Shown one piece after another: positions 40,190 to 48,399 of a stretch of 64,000 bases of DNA. The translations under genes were made by a program, and so were the position numbers. A model generated the notes under the pieces. The model was given only the letters and a program-made list of their open reading frames with translations. It was not told the DNA's origin and searched no databases. The number at the start of each line of letters is the position of its first letter. Position 1 is the first letter of the stretch. The stretch spans positions 1 through 64,000 of the forward strand of contig JAZLKX010000025.1 in the NCBI GenBank assembly GCA_045597865.1, read 5' to 3'. Origin of the DNA: Bacilli bacterium. Lineage in GTDB: Bacteria; Bacillota_I; Bacilli_A; RFN20; CAG-826.

Positions 40190-41761
40190 CTAGAAATATG
40201 ATGATTCTCTAGCAAATGTTGGATTAGTGAAGGAATAATCATTTGCATTAAAAGATTTTTTAGAGTTTGCTAACAAGTAATCTTTTAAGATTTCGCGATA
40301 ATTGCAAACGTTATTATTTTTCGTTAAGTAACCCAATACTTTAATGTTTGGGAAGTTATCATATTCACGGTCTTTATTGCAATGGAACGCAAGATAATCA
40401 AGACATGCAACTTTGTAGACACCTTCATATCTAATCGCGGAATTAGGATTTGCACGATAAATATTATTTTTGAATCTAAGCATATTTGCCGCTTCTTTTC
40501 CTGTCACTTCAATTACTGGAATTGTGTTATCGAACGGAAAGATATTGTACAAATCCGAATAAGTCATTGTTGAATTATAGTGGGATGCTCTTCCAGCATT
40601 TGTGTATGCAAAATCAACTACATAACCTTCGTTAATTGCTTCATAGTAAATTGCTTCTGCCATTAAGTTAGGTAATTGCTCGCTAGAGTAGAAAGAACCA
40701 GATAAATTTGTTGTAAGAACTTGATCACCAAGATCTTTAGTTTCTATTGAGTAACGGTCAACAATTTGCTGAATTTCTGGATCAACAGTTTGATCAATTT
40801 CATTTAGAATATCAAACTTAGAATATGTAGAAACTGATGTAGATAAATCAACAAGTTGATTTGTTTCAAAATTATAGTAAAGTGTAACCTTACCAATTTG
40901 TTCTCCGTTAGCTCCGAATTGTGCAAATTTTACATCATTAAAAGTATGTGTTTCAGATTGATGAGTGTGAGCATTTAATACTAGGTCAACATAACGTTTG
41001 TTTGAAACTTTTGAAACCTTGGTTAATTGACTAGGATTCATTTGATCATAGCTTGAATGAGAAGAAGCAATAATGATGTCACATTTTTTGTCTACACGTA
41101 GAAAGTCAGACACATTCTGAATAACTTTTGTTTGATCTACAAAAGAAATATTTTCGACAAGTTGAGTTGAAATAGAGGTGATTTGATCTTCTCCAATTGT
41201 TCCGATAATTCCAACCTTTAAGCCATTGTCTAACACATAAGTTGCAGCACTTTTACCAAAAGCATTTTGCTGTTCATCAATTTCAGTTTTACTTGCCCAA
41301 TCAAAACCGTAAACATTAGCTGCTAAATTAGGATAGCTGCTAAATTCCACATTATTTTTTAAAGCATCAGTTCCCCAGTCAAAATCATGATTTCCAGCAG
41401 TTCTTGCGGATATTTTTGCATTTTTATATACTTCGTTGATTAATTTTCCTTTGTTGAAATTTGATTCTAAAGAACCTTGCCAAGTATCGCCTGAATCTAT
41501 AAATAATGTATTTGGTTCAGCAGTTTTTTGTTTGATAAAAGTACCAATATTTGCGATACCTGCCTCTTTATAATTTTCGTTAATTGCACCATGAAAATCA
41601 TTAATGCCAAAAATGTTAACTGCTTGAATACCTGAGGTTGGCCTTGAAGCTTTTGAATTTTCAATTTCATAACAATCATATTTGTTATTTTTTGAACCGC
41701 ATGATGAAAGTGCAGTAATTGAAATAACACTTAGTAATGACAAAAGAAACATTCTTTTCAT
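40190..41761 (-). CDS. Lipoprotein bifunctional metallophosphatase/5'-nucleotidase
   Basis: Lipobox LSS-C; NDFHG, DSGD, GNHDFD, AHTH motifs; C-terminal IFPFDN 5'-nucleotidase domain. Confidence 0.9.
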   Translation of the reverse strand: MKRMFLLSLLSVISITALSSCGSKNNKYDCYEIENSKASRPTSGIQAVNIFGINDFHGAINENYKEAGIANIGTFIKQKTAEPNTLFIDSGDTWQGSLESNFNKGKLINEVYKNAKISARTAGNHDFDWGTDALKNNVEFSSYPNLAANVYGFDWASKTEIDEQQNAFGKSAATYVLDNGLKVGIIGTIGEDQITSISTQLVENISFVDQTKVIQNVSDFLRVDKKCDIIIASSHSSYDQMNPSQLTKVSKVSNKRYVDLVLNAHTHQSETHTFNDVKFAQFGANGEQIGKVTLYYNFETNQLVDLSTSVSTYSKFDILNEIDQTVDPEIQQIVDRYSIETKDLGDQVLTTNLSGSFYSSEQLPNLMAEAIYYEAINEGYVVDFAYTNAGRASHYNSTMTYSDLYNIFPFDNTIPVIEVTGKEAANMLRFKNNIYRANPNSAIRYEGVYKVACLDYLAFHCNKDREYDNFPNIKVLGYLTKNNNVCNYREILKDYLLANSKKSFNANDYSFTNPTFARESSYF

Positions 41762-41785
41762 ATGAATATTATAACAAAATAAAAT

Positions 41786-41818
41786 AAAAAAATGATAGGA
41801 CAGATTCCTACCATTTTT
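41786..41818 (-). terminator. Terminator after thrS
   Basis: rc AAAAATGGTAGGAATCTGTCCTATCATTTTTTT. Confidence 0.75.
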
Positions 41819-41826
41819 GTTTTATA

Positions 41827-43551
41827 TTAGTCTTCGTATTTTGGGAGTGCTCTTGAAGCAATTTCTGCTTTTACCATATCAAGGAATTCTTGAAGTGGAA
41901 CTGTGTGTTGAGCCTTACAACCAAAGTGACGATAGGTGACTGTTCCTTCATCTTTTTCATGATCACCAATAACAATGGTGTAAGGAACTTTCTTAACTTG
42001 AGCATTTCTCATACGATAGCCAAGTTTATCTTCACCTGCATCTAATGATGCACGAAGTCCAGCTTTCTTCATAATATCAACAACTTCTTTAGCTTTTTCT
42101 AAATGGAATTCATTGTTAACTGGAAGAACTCTGATGTGCTCTGGAGACATCCAAAGTGGGAATGCTCCGCCAAAGTTTTCAATAATAATACCAATGAATC
42201 TTTCGATAGAACCAAAGCATGCACGGTGAATCATAACTGGACGAACTTTTTCACCTTTTTCATCGATGTAAGAAACATCAAATCTTTCTGGTAAGTTCAT
42301 ATCAAGTTGGATTGTTCCACATTGCCAGACACGGTTCATGCAGTCTCTAACTTTGAAGTCAAGTTTTGGACCATAGAATGCTCCATCACCTGGATTAATC
42401 TTGAATTCTTTTCCGCTTGCTTCGCAAACTTCTTGAAGAATTCTTTCTGATTCGTTCCAAATATCAATGGAACCAATGTATCCTTCTTCTGGACGTGTTG
42501 ATAATTCAATCTTGTATTCAAGACCAAATAATGAATAGATTTCATCATAGAGTTTTAAGATTGATCTAATTTCAGATTCAATTTGATCTGGACGGACAAA
42601 GGTGTGAGCATCATCTTGTGTGAATGAACGGACACGGAATAAACCATTAAGTGCGCCAGAAGCTTCAAATCTATGGACGTGACCTAACTCAGCATAGCGG
42701 AGCGGAAGTTCACGGTAAGAATGTAAATCATTCTTGTAGCAGAGAATTGAACCTGGGCAGTTCATTGGTTTAATTGCAAATTCTTTTTCTTCGACTTCTG
42801 TTGTAAACATGTTGTCTTTGTAGTGATCCCAGTGACCAGAAGTAATCCAAAGCTCTTTAGAAAGCATGATTGGTGTATCGACTAACATGTAATCATATTT
42901 TCTGTGAACTTCTTTCCACATGTTTTCAAGTTCAGTACGTAAAATCATTCCATTTGGAAGCCAGAATGGGAATCCTGGGCCAAATTCAGAAAGCATAAAT
43001 AGTCCTAATTCTTTTCCGAGTTTGCGGTGGTCTCTTTGCTTTCTATCTTCAAGCATCTTTAGATAATTATCTAATGCTTGTCTTGAAGGCCAAGAAGTTC
43101 CGTAAATTCTAACGAGTTGTTTATTCTTAGAATCGCCTCTCCAATAAGCACCAGCAATATTTAAAAGTTTGAAGTTTTGGATCTTGCCTGTGGATTCAAC
43201 GTGATCACCTTTACAAAGGTCGAACCAATCACCTTGACGGTAGATTGAGATTTCTCCTTCGAATCCATCAATAAGTTCAAGTTTGTATGGATTGTCTTTG
43301 AAAAGTTCTTTAGCTTTTTCTTTAGAAATTACTTCTTTTACAAACTTTTCATTCTTTGCAGCAATCTTGTGCATTTCTTTTTCGATTGCTGGTAAATCCT
43401 CTTCAGTAATTGGAGTTGGGAAATCAACATCGTAGTAGAATCCTTCTTCAATTGCTGGACCAAATCCAAACTTTGCACCTGGGTAAAGATGTGAAATTGC
43501 TTCAGCCATTAAGTGTGAAGTGGAGTGGTTTAATTTTTCAAAGTCGGTCAT
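41827..43551 (-). CDS. thrS: Threonine--tRNA ligase (no N-terminal TGS domain)
   Basis: HSTSHLMA editing motif, RDHRKLG, KPMNCP, FYGPKLD, MIHRA. Confidence 0.98.
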   Translation of the reverse strand: MTDFEKLNHSTSHLMAEAISHLYPGAKFGFGPAIEEGFYYDVDFPTPITEEDLPAIEKEMHKIAAKNEKFVKEVISKEKAKELFKDNPYKLELIDGFEGEISIYRQGDWFDLCKGDHVESTGKIQNFKLLNIAGAYWRGDSKNKQLVRIYGTSWPSRQALDNYLKMLEDRKQRDHRKLGKELGLFMLSEFGPGFPFWLPNGMILRTELENMWKEVHRKYDYMLVDTPIMLSKELWITSGHWDHYKDNMFTTEVEEKEFAIKPMNCPGSILCYKNDLHSYRELPLRYAELGHVHRFEASGALNGLFRVRSFTQDDAHTFVRPDQIESEIRSILKLYDEIYSLFGLEYKIELSTRPEEGYIGSIDIWNESERILQEVCEASGKEFKINPGDGAFYGPKLDFKVRDCMNRVWQCGTIQLDMNLPERFDVSYIDEKGEKVRPVMIHRACFGSIERFIGIIIENFGGAFPLWMSPEHIRVLPVNNEFHLEKAKEVVDIMKKAGLRASLDAGEDKLGYRMRNAQVKKVPYTIVIGDHEKDEGTVTYRHFGCKAQHTVPLQEFLDMVKAEIASRALPKYED

Positions 43552-43571
43552 ATTTATTACCTCCTAAAGTA

Positions 43572-43786
43572 AATAAAAAGCGTCCCTATTTAAGGACGCT
43601 ATTAACGCGGTACCACCTTAATTTATAACCTAAAGGTTATACTCTCAAGTACTCGTAACGTGAGCATTCGTCTACATTGGTTTGTAGAAGCTCGGAAGTG
43701 GTATTAGCGAATTTCTCATAGGAACCTTTCACCTTACGTTCCCTCTCTAAATGAGAAGTTTTCGTTAACGTGTCTTCGTCAACGCC
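43572..43786 (-). ncRNA. T-box riboswitch (Thr) upstream of thrS
   Basis: T-box AAGGTGGTACCGCG (43606-43619); stem I AGAGA and GGTGAAA motifs; likely specifier ACC (43700-43702); terminator AGCGTCC...GGACGCT followed by T-run. Confidence 0.93.
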
Positions 43787-43817
43787 AACAATAATATATT
43801 CCTATTTAGAATATAAA

Positions 43818-44657
43818 TCAAATAATTTTCGCACATTGTAGTGCGTAGACGCCTGCACCCATAAGTCCAGCGCCCTCAGAAAAGTAACATTCTTTAATCA
43901 AAACATTTGGATTATCTGAGCGAATTCTATGGAAGAACATATCTTTTGCTTTCATAAGTCCACCAGTGAAAACCATAATGTCCGGTTGATAAGAATCTGC
44001 CATAAGTTTGATGTATTGATCTAAAACTTTTACCCATTCATTTAAAAGTTCAACACCATCTCTTTCTTCATATCTAGCGGATTGGAACATTTCACGTGCA
44101 TTGGCAATCTTTTTACCATTCATTTTTGCAAATTTTTCGATGTTGCAACCACCGATAGTTTCAAACTCAATCATTTGGCCTTTCCAATTGAATAAAGTAT
44201 GGCCAACTTCAGTGACATAATCTTGGATTTTTTTGTCCACGCAAAGAGCGCCTCCAAGACCAGTAGAAATGGTTACGAAAAAGACTCTATCATATTTCTT
44301 TCCAGCACCTAAATAGGCTTCGCCTAAACAAGCAACTTGTGCGTCGTTTCTGAGGTAGACTGGAAGGTTAAATTCTTTGGTTAAAATTTCACCAAAATCA
44401 ATGTCTCCAATATGAACGTTTGGAAGGACAATAATTTTGCCTGTTTCTGGGTTAACAACACCTGGAACTCCAGCGCCAATTGCAACGACATCTTCAAGTG
44501 GAAATTGCTTGATCATTTCGATACAGTTTTCCATGAATTTTTCTTTGCTTCCAGCTGGGGTTGGAGTAATTAAATCTTTCTCGACTTCAAAGCGAGAATT
44601 GATAAGAGCTAATCTGGTGTTTGTACCACCAATATCAAATGCGAGTACTTTTTTCAT
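43818..44657 (-). CDS. ROK family sugar kinase (glucokinase-like)
   Basis: FDIGGTN, GVPG, NDAQVACLGE, STGLGG, EVGH; ATG 44657. Confidence 0.9.
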   Translation of the reverse strand: MKKVLAFDIGGTNTRLALINSRFEVEKDLITPTPAGSKEKFMENCIEMIKQFPLEDVVAIGAGVPGVVNPETGKIIVLPNVHIGDIDFGEILTKEFNLPVYLRNDAQVACLGEAYLGAGKKYDRVFFVTISTGLGGALCVDKKIQDYVTEVGHTLFNWKGQMIEFETIGGCNIEKFAKMNGKKIANAREMFQSARYEERDGVELLNEWVKVLDQYIKLMADSYQPDIMVFTGGLMKAKDMFFHRIRSDNPNVLIKECYFSEGAGLMGAGVYALQCAKII

Positions 44658-44694
44658 ACGCAACTATTATAGTAAATATAAAATATTTTTCAAT

Positions 44695-44788
44695 TGTGGG
44701 AAACTCGGTGGATAACTTAGTTATATATTTAAAAAGTTTCGATAAAATGTGAAGAAAGTAAATTTTTGATGTAGATAAGTTATCCACA
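44695..44788. promoter_or_regulatory. Cluster of DnaA boxes upstream of dnaB
   Basis: TTATCCACA (44780, perfect), TGTAGATAA (44770), GGTGGATAA (44707), TGTGGGAAA (44695), TGTGAAGAA (44748). Confidence 0.75.
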
Positions 44789-44864
44789 TTTCCTAAAAAG
44801 TTAAGAATTCATCGAAACTTTTGTTTGATTTTAAGTATTCTTTTTGATAGATTATTAACCACTT

Positions 44865-46118
44865 ATGGATTACATATCAAAGAACGACTATTATGAAATA
44901 AGATTCGCATCAATGATTACAAATGTTGATAAAGATACGCTTCTCGAGCTTTATCAACCTCTTATTGGTGCAGCAGCATGTGCTCTTTACTTAACTATGT
45001 TAAAACAAAAGAGAAATGCTGATGGTGGAACTATTTTCAAAATGGAACAACTTCTTAAGACAATGCAGCTTAGTTCTGATTCTTTATTAAGCGCACGTCA
45101 TTATCTTGAAGCAGTTGGTTTAATTCGTACTTTTGAGTCTAAATCCGAAGATGTACGTTGTTACATTTATCAAGTCTTTTCGCCAAAATCACCAAAAGCC
45201 TTCTTTGAAGACGTCTTATTTAGTGGTCTTCTCATTCAAGCTGTTGGGGATAAGGAAGCAAAAAGACTTGCAAACAAATACAAAGTAAATCTTTCAATTC
45301 CTGAAGAATATAAAGAAGTTTCAGCATCTTTCGTTGATGTTTATAAACCAAACTATGATGATCCTGCATTCTTCAAAACATTTGGTCATCAAATCATTGG
45401 TAGAGACCACGGAAGAGCACAACTAACATTCAATCATGACCTTTTCTTTAAATATATAGTAGAAAACTCAGAACTTGATGCTTCTCAATTTAAGAAAAAA
45501 GATATGAAGGAAATTGAAAGACTTGCAACATTGTTTGGATTAAATGAAAAACAAATGGCCAACATTGTTGTAAAAGAATATTGGGTCAATGGTTCCTTAC
45601 ATCTTGAATTTGATAAAATCAAAAATAGAGCAGAAGAAGAAATTAAAGTAAATGTAACTCCAGTAAATGAAAAATCAAATGTATCTGGAGAAAGTGAACT
45701 CGCTAGTAAAATCCAAATGATGGATGAAGTCGCACCAGCAAAGTTCCTTCAATACTTACAAAACGGAACAAAACCAGCAAGAAGTGATATTAATATCATT
45801 AATTCACTTTCTAAAGATTATGGCTTCGGAAATGGTATAATAAACGTAATTGTAGATTACGTCTTAAATAAAAACAGCAATGTTCTCTCTAAGAACTATT
45901 GCGAAAAGATTGCGTCCTCTCTCGCTAGAGAAGGTTGCAAATCAACCGTAGATGCAATGAATTATTTAAATAAGATAAGCGTCAAGGTTACTAAAAAGGT
46001 TTCACCAAAGAAACCTGTCGCAGTTAATATTGAAGAAGAGGAAACGGATGAAGATGTTTCCCTCGATGAAATTAACGCATTAATTGGAGAAGTGGAGGTA
46101 AAGAAGAATGTCAGATGA
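44865..46118 (+). CDS. dnaB: Firmicute helicase-loader protein DnaB (DnaD-domain family)
   Basis: LLELYQPLIG..A.ALY, LEAVGLIRTF, GIINVIVDYVL; adjacent to dnaI. Confidence 0.9.
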   Translation: MDYISKNDYYEIRFASMITNVDKDTLLELYQPLIGAAACALYLTMLKQKRNADGGTIFKMEQLLKTMQLSSDSLLSARHYLEAVGLIRTFESKSEDVRCYIYQVFSPKSPKAFFEDVLFSGLLIQAVGDKEAKRLANKYKVNLSIPEEYKEVSASFVDVYKPNYDDPAFFKTFGHQIIGRDHGRAQLTFNHDLFFKYIVENSELDASQFKKKDMKEIERLATLFGLNEKQMANIVVKEYWVNGSLHLEFDKIKNRAEEEIKVNVTPVNEKSNVSGESELASKIQMMDEVAPAKFLQYLQNGTKPARSDINIINSLSKDYGFGNGIINVIVDYVLNKNSNVLSKNYCEKIASSLAREGCKSTVDAMNYLNKISVKVTKKVSPKKPVAVNIEEEETDEDVSLDEINALIGEVEVKKNVR

Positions 46119-47028
46119 ATTAAAAACATTTAATCCAAAAGATATCATTCAAGATAAGATTGATATGAAATCTTATGCTGAAAAGCTTTTAGATGCTCTT
46201 CGCGCCGACACTGAAGTTTATGAATTAATTAAACCTTTAGGTTTAACTAATAGAGAAGTTCGCGAAAATATTGGAAGACTTAATGATTTCAGAGAGGATT
46301 ACAATATTTGTAAGAACTGTCCAGGATATGATAAATGTCCAAAGGCTGAAAAACATATTTCAACTTATGTTTGTAAAGATGGAAATTATCTCACAACAAG
46401 ATGTGAGCCATGTAAGAAAGCAATTGAAAAAGCTAAGATTGATGCTAAATATTTATTTAACGATTTCCCAGCAGAATGGAAAAAATCAACTCTTAAAAAA
46501 TTAGATCTTAGTGAAAACAGAAGACCACTTATTAAAGAATTTGTTAATATTGCTAAAGGCAAATCAAATCGTTGGTTATTTGTAACCGGAAATCATAAAG
46601 TTGGAAAATCATATGTTTTAGTTACATTTGCAAATGAGTTTATTGCAATGGGACTTGGCCAAGTTGGTGTTATTAATGCTGTTACCAAGTTCAAAGAACT
46701 TGCAGATATCTCATTTAAACAAAAAGAATATTTTAATGAACAAGTTAATGCATTATGCACACTTCCATTACTTATCATTGATGACTTTGGTGAAGAATAC
46801 AAAAACGAATTCATTCGTGACTCAATTGTCATCCCAATCTTAAGTGAAAGAAATCACAATAACTTACCAACATTCTTCTCTTCAGATTTCACAATTAAAG
46901 AAATTGAAAGACTTTATTCGGTTGGTAAAAATGGTGGCGAAATCCGCGGAAAACAATTAGGAAAAATTATTCTCGAAATGGCCGAGAAAGAATTTGATTT
47001 AACAGGTGCATCTATTTACAAAAAATAG
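46108..47028 (+). CDS. dnaI: Primosomal helicase loader DnaI
   Basis: N-terminal Cys cluster CKNC...C...C; Walker A G..KVGKS; Walker B LIIDDFG; PTFFSS. Confidence 0.9.
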   Translation: MSDELKTFNPKDIIQDKIDMKSYAEKLLDALRADTEVYELIKPLGLTNREVRENIGRLNDFREDYNICKNCPGYDKCPKAEKHISTYVCKDGNYLTTRCEPCKKAIEKAKIDAKYLFNDFPAEWKKSTLKKLDLSENRRPLIKEFVNIAKGKSNRWLFVTGNHKVGKSYVLVTFANEFIAMGLGQVGVINAVTKFKELADISFKQKEYFNEQVNALCTLPLLIIDDFGEEYKNEFIRDSIVIPILSERNHNNLPTFFSSDFTIKEIERLYSVGKNGGEIRGKQLGKIILEMAEKEFDLTGASIYKK

Positions 47029-48397
47029 AATCAAGTTGTTTATATAAATTAGCGACGTCTTTATCATTAATGATAACGTATGTCGCTTTTTTCTTATTTT
47101 CAGTGTGATAATTTCTATTTAAAGTTAAAGAAGAATCGACTTTAGAACCTCTAGCTTTTAAGTGTTCGATTTGTGATTGTTTACTTGCGTCAACATAGAT
47201 GATTTTATCGCAAAGTAAATCAAGTCCAGATTCAAAAAGTAGTGGAGCTTCTACAACGATTGGTTTCATAGAATTTTTAATTTCTTTTTCAACAATGTCA
47301 GCAACTTTTGCATGAACGAATTTTTCCAATCTCGTCTTCTTGTTTGGATTGGCAATTAAGAAGTTTCTGAGCCAATCACGATCAATATCACCTTTAGAAA
47401 TTTTTAAGTCTGGAATGAACTTTTTAATCTCTTTTTGGATTGATGGTTGTTTGTACAAAATATGCACGATTTCGTCGGTATTTTGCACAAAATACCCGTG
47501 TTTTCCCAAGTATTTTGATACAGTTGATTTTCCGGTTCCGATAGGTCCGGTAACACCAATAATCTCTTTTATTACAGGGTTCTTTTGGCAATGTGGACAG
47601 TATGTCGTGCCACGTCCGTTAACGAAAATTTTTCTTAATTTGCAACCGCAGTTTGGACAAGTTCCATCTTTCTTTCCATAGACTTTGAGGTTAACTTGGA
47701 AGTTACCAGAAATACCTTCTTTTGGATGATAAGATTTGATTGTGGAGCCACCTGCTTTGATTGCTCCATTTAAAACATCTATTGAAGCTTTCCAGATTTC
47801 ATTAAGTTGCTTTTTAGAAACCAGTTTTGCTGGAGTTTCAGGATGAACCTTGGTTGCGAATAAAACTTCATCAACATAAATGTTTCCTAAACCAGACATG
47901 ATGCTTTGATCTAAGAGTGCAGTTTTGATTGCAATTGATTTGTTTTTAAACGCTTTCTCAAGAAGTTTAGAATCTTTCATCATAAAAGGATCTGGGCCAA
48001 CCTTTGATAGTGGTTCTTCCTTCATATAATCTTCTAATGAAGATAATTTGATTCTTCCAAATCTTCTTGTGTCATTATAGATAAGTTTTGTTCCATCGTT
48101 AAAATGGAAAACAACTAAATCGTGTTTTGTGTTTTTTTCTTTCTCGTCTTTAAGGAAATATTTTCCTTCCATTCTAAGGTGAGAAATCATAACTTTGTTA
48201 TTAGTTAAATAAAAGATAATGAATTTACCAACTCTACCAAAGTCAGTAATAGTTTCATTGGCTAATGATTTTGCAAACTCTCTTGAATCACCATCAATTG
48301 TTTGCTGCCTTAAAACATCAACACTTTGAATAGTTTTTCCAAGTGTCATTTCTTTTAGAATGTTCTTAACGGTTTCAACTTCTGGTAATTCTGGCAT
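47012..48397 (-). CDS. mutM: Fused formamidopyrimidine-DNA glycosylase / dephospho-CoA kinase (MutM-CoaE)
   Basis: MPELPEVE, HLRMEG, GLGNIYVDE and CPNC...CPHCQ zinc finger continue in frame into IIGVTGPIGTGKST...VVEAPLLFE (CoaE). Confidence 0.92.
   Translation of the reverse strand: MPELPEVETVKNILKEMTLGKTIQSVDVLRQQTIDGDSREFAKSLANETITDFGRVGKFIIFYLTNNKVMISHLRMEGKYFLKDEKEKNTKHDLVVFHFNDGTKLIYNDTRRFGRIKLSSLEDYMKEEPLSKVGPDPFMMKDSKLLEKAFKNKSIAIKTALLDQSIMSGLGNIYVDEVLFATKVHPETPAKLVSKKQLNEIWKASIDVLNGAIKAGGSTIKSYHPKEGISGNFQVNLKVYGKKDGTCPNCGCKLRKIFVNGRGTTYCPHCQKNPVIKEIIGVTGPIGTGKSTVSKYLGKHGYFVQNTDEIVHILYKQPSIQKEIKKFIPDLKISKGDIDRDWLRNFLIANPNKKTRLEKFVHAKVADIVEKEIKNSMKPIVVEAPLLFESGLDLLCDKIIYVDASKQSQIEHLKARGSKVDSSLTLNRNYHTENKKKATYVIINDKDVANLYKQLDSIFCK
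47051..47092 (+). terminator. Probable dnaB-dnaI terminator inside the antisense coaE coding sequence
   Basis: AGCGAC..TTATCA-TTAA-TGATAA..GTCGCT followed by T-run, about 22 nt after the dnaI stop. Confidence 0.55.
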
Positions 48398-48399
48398 TG

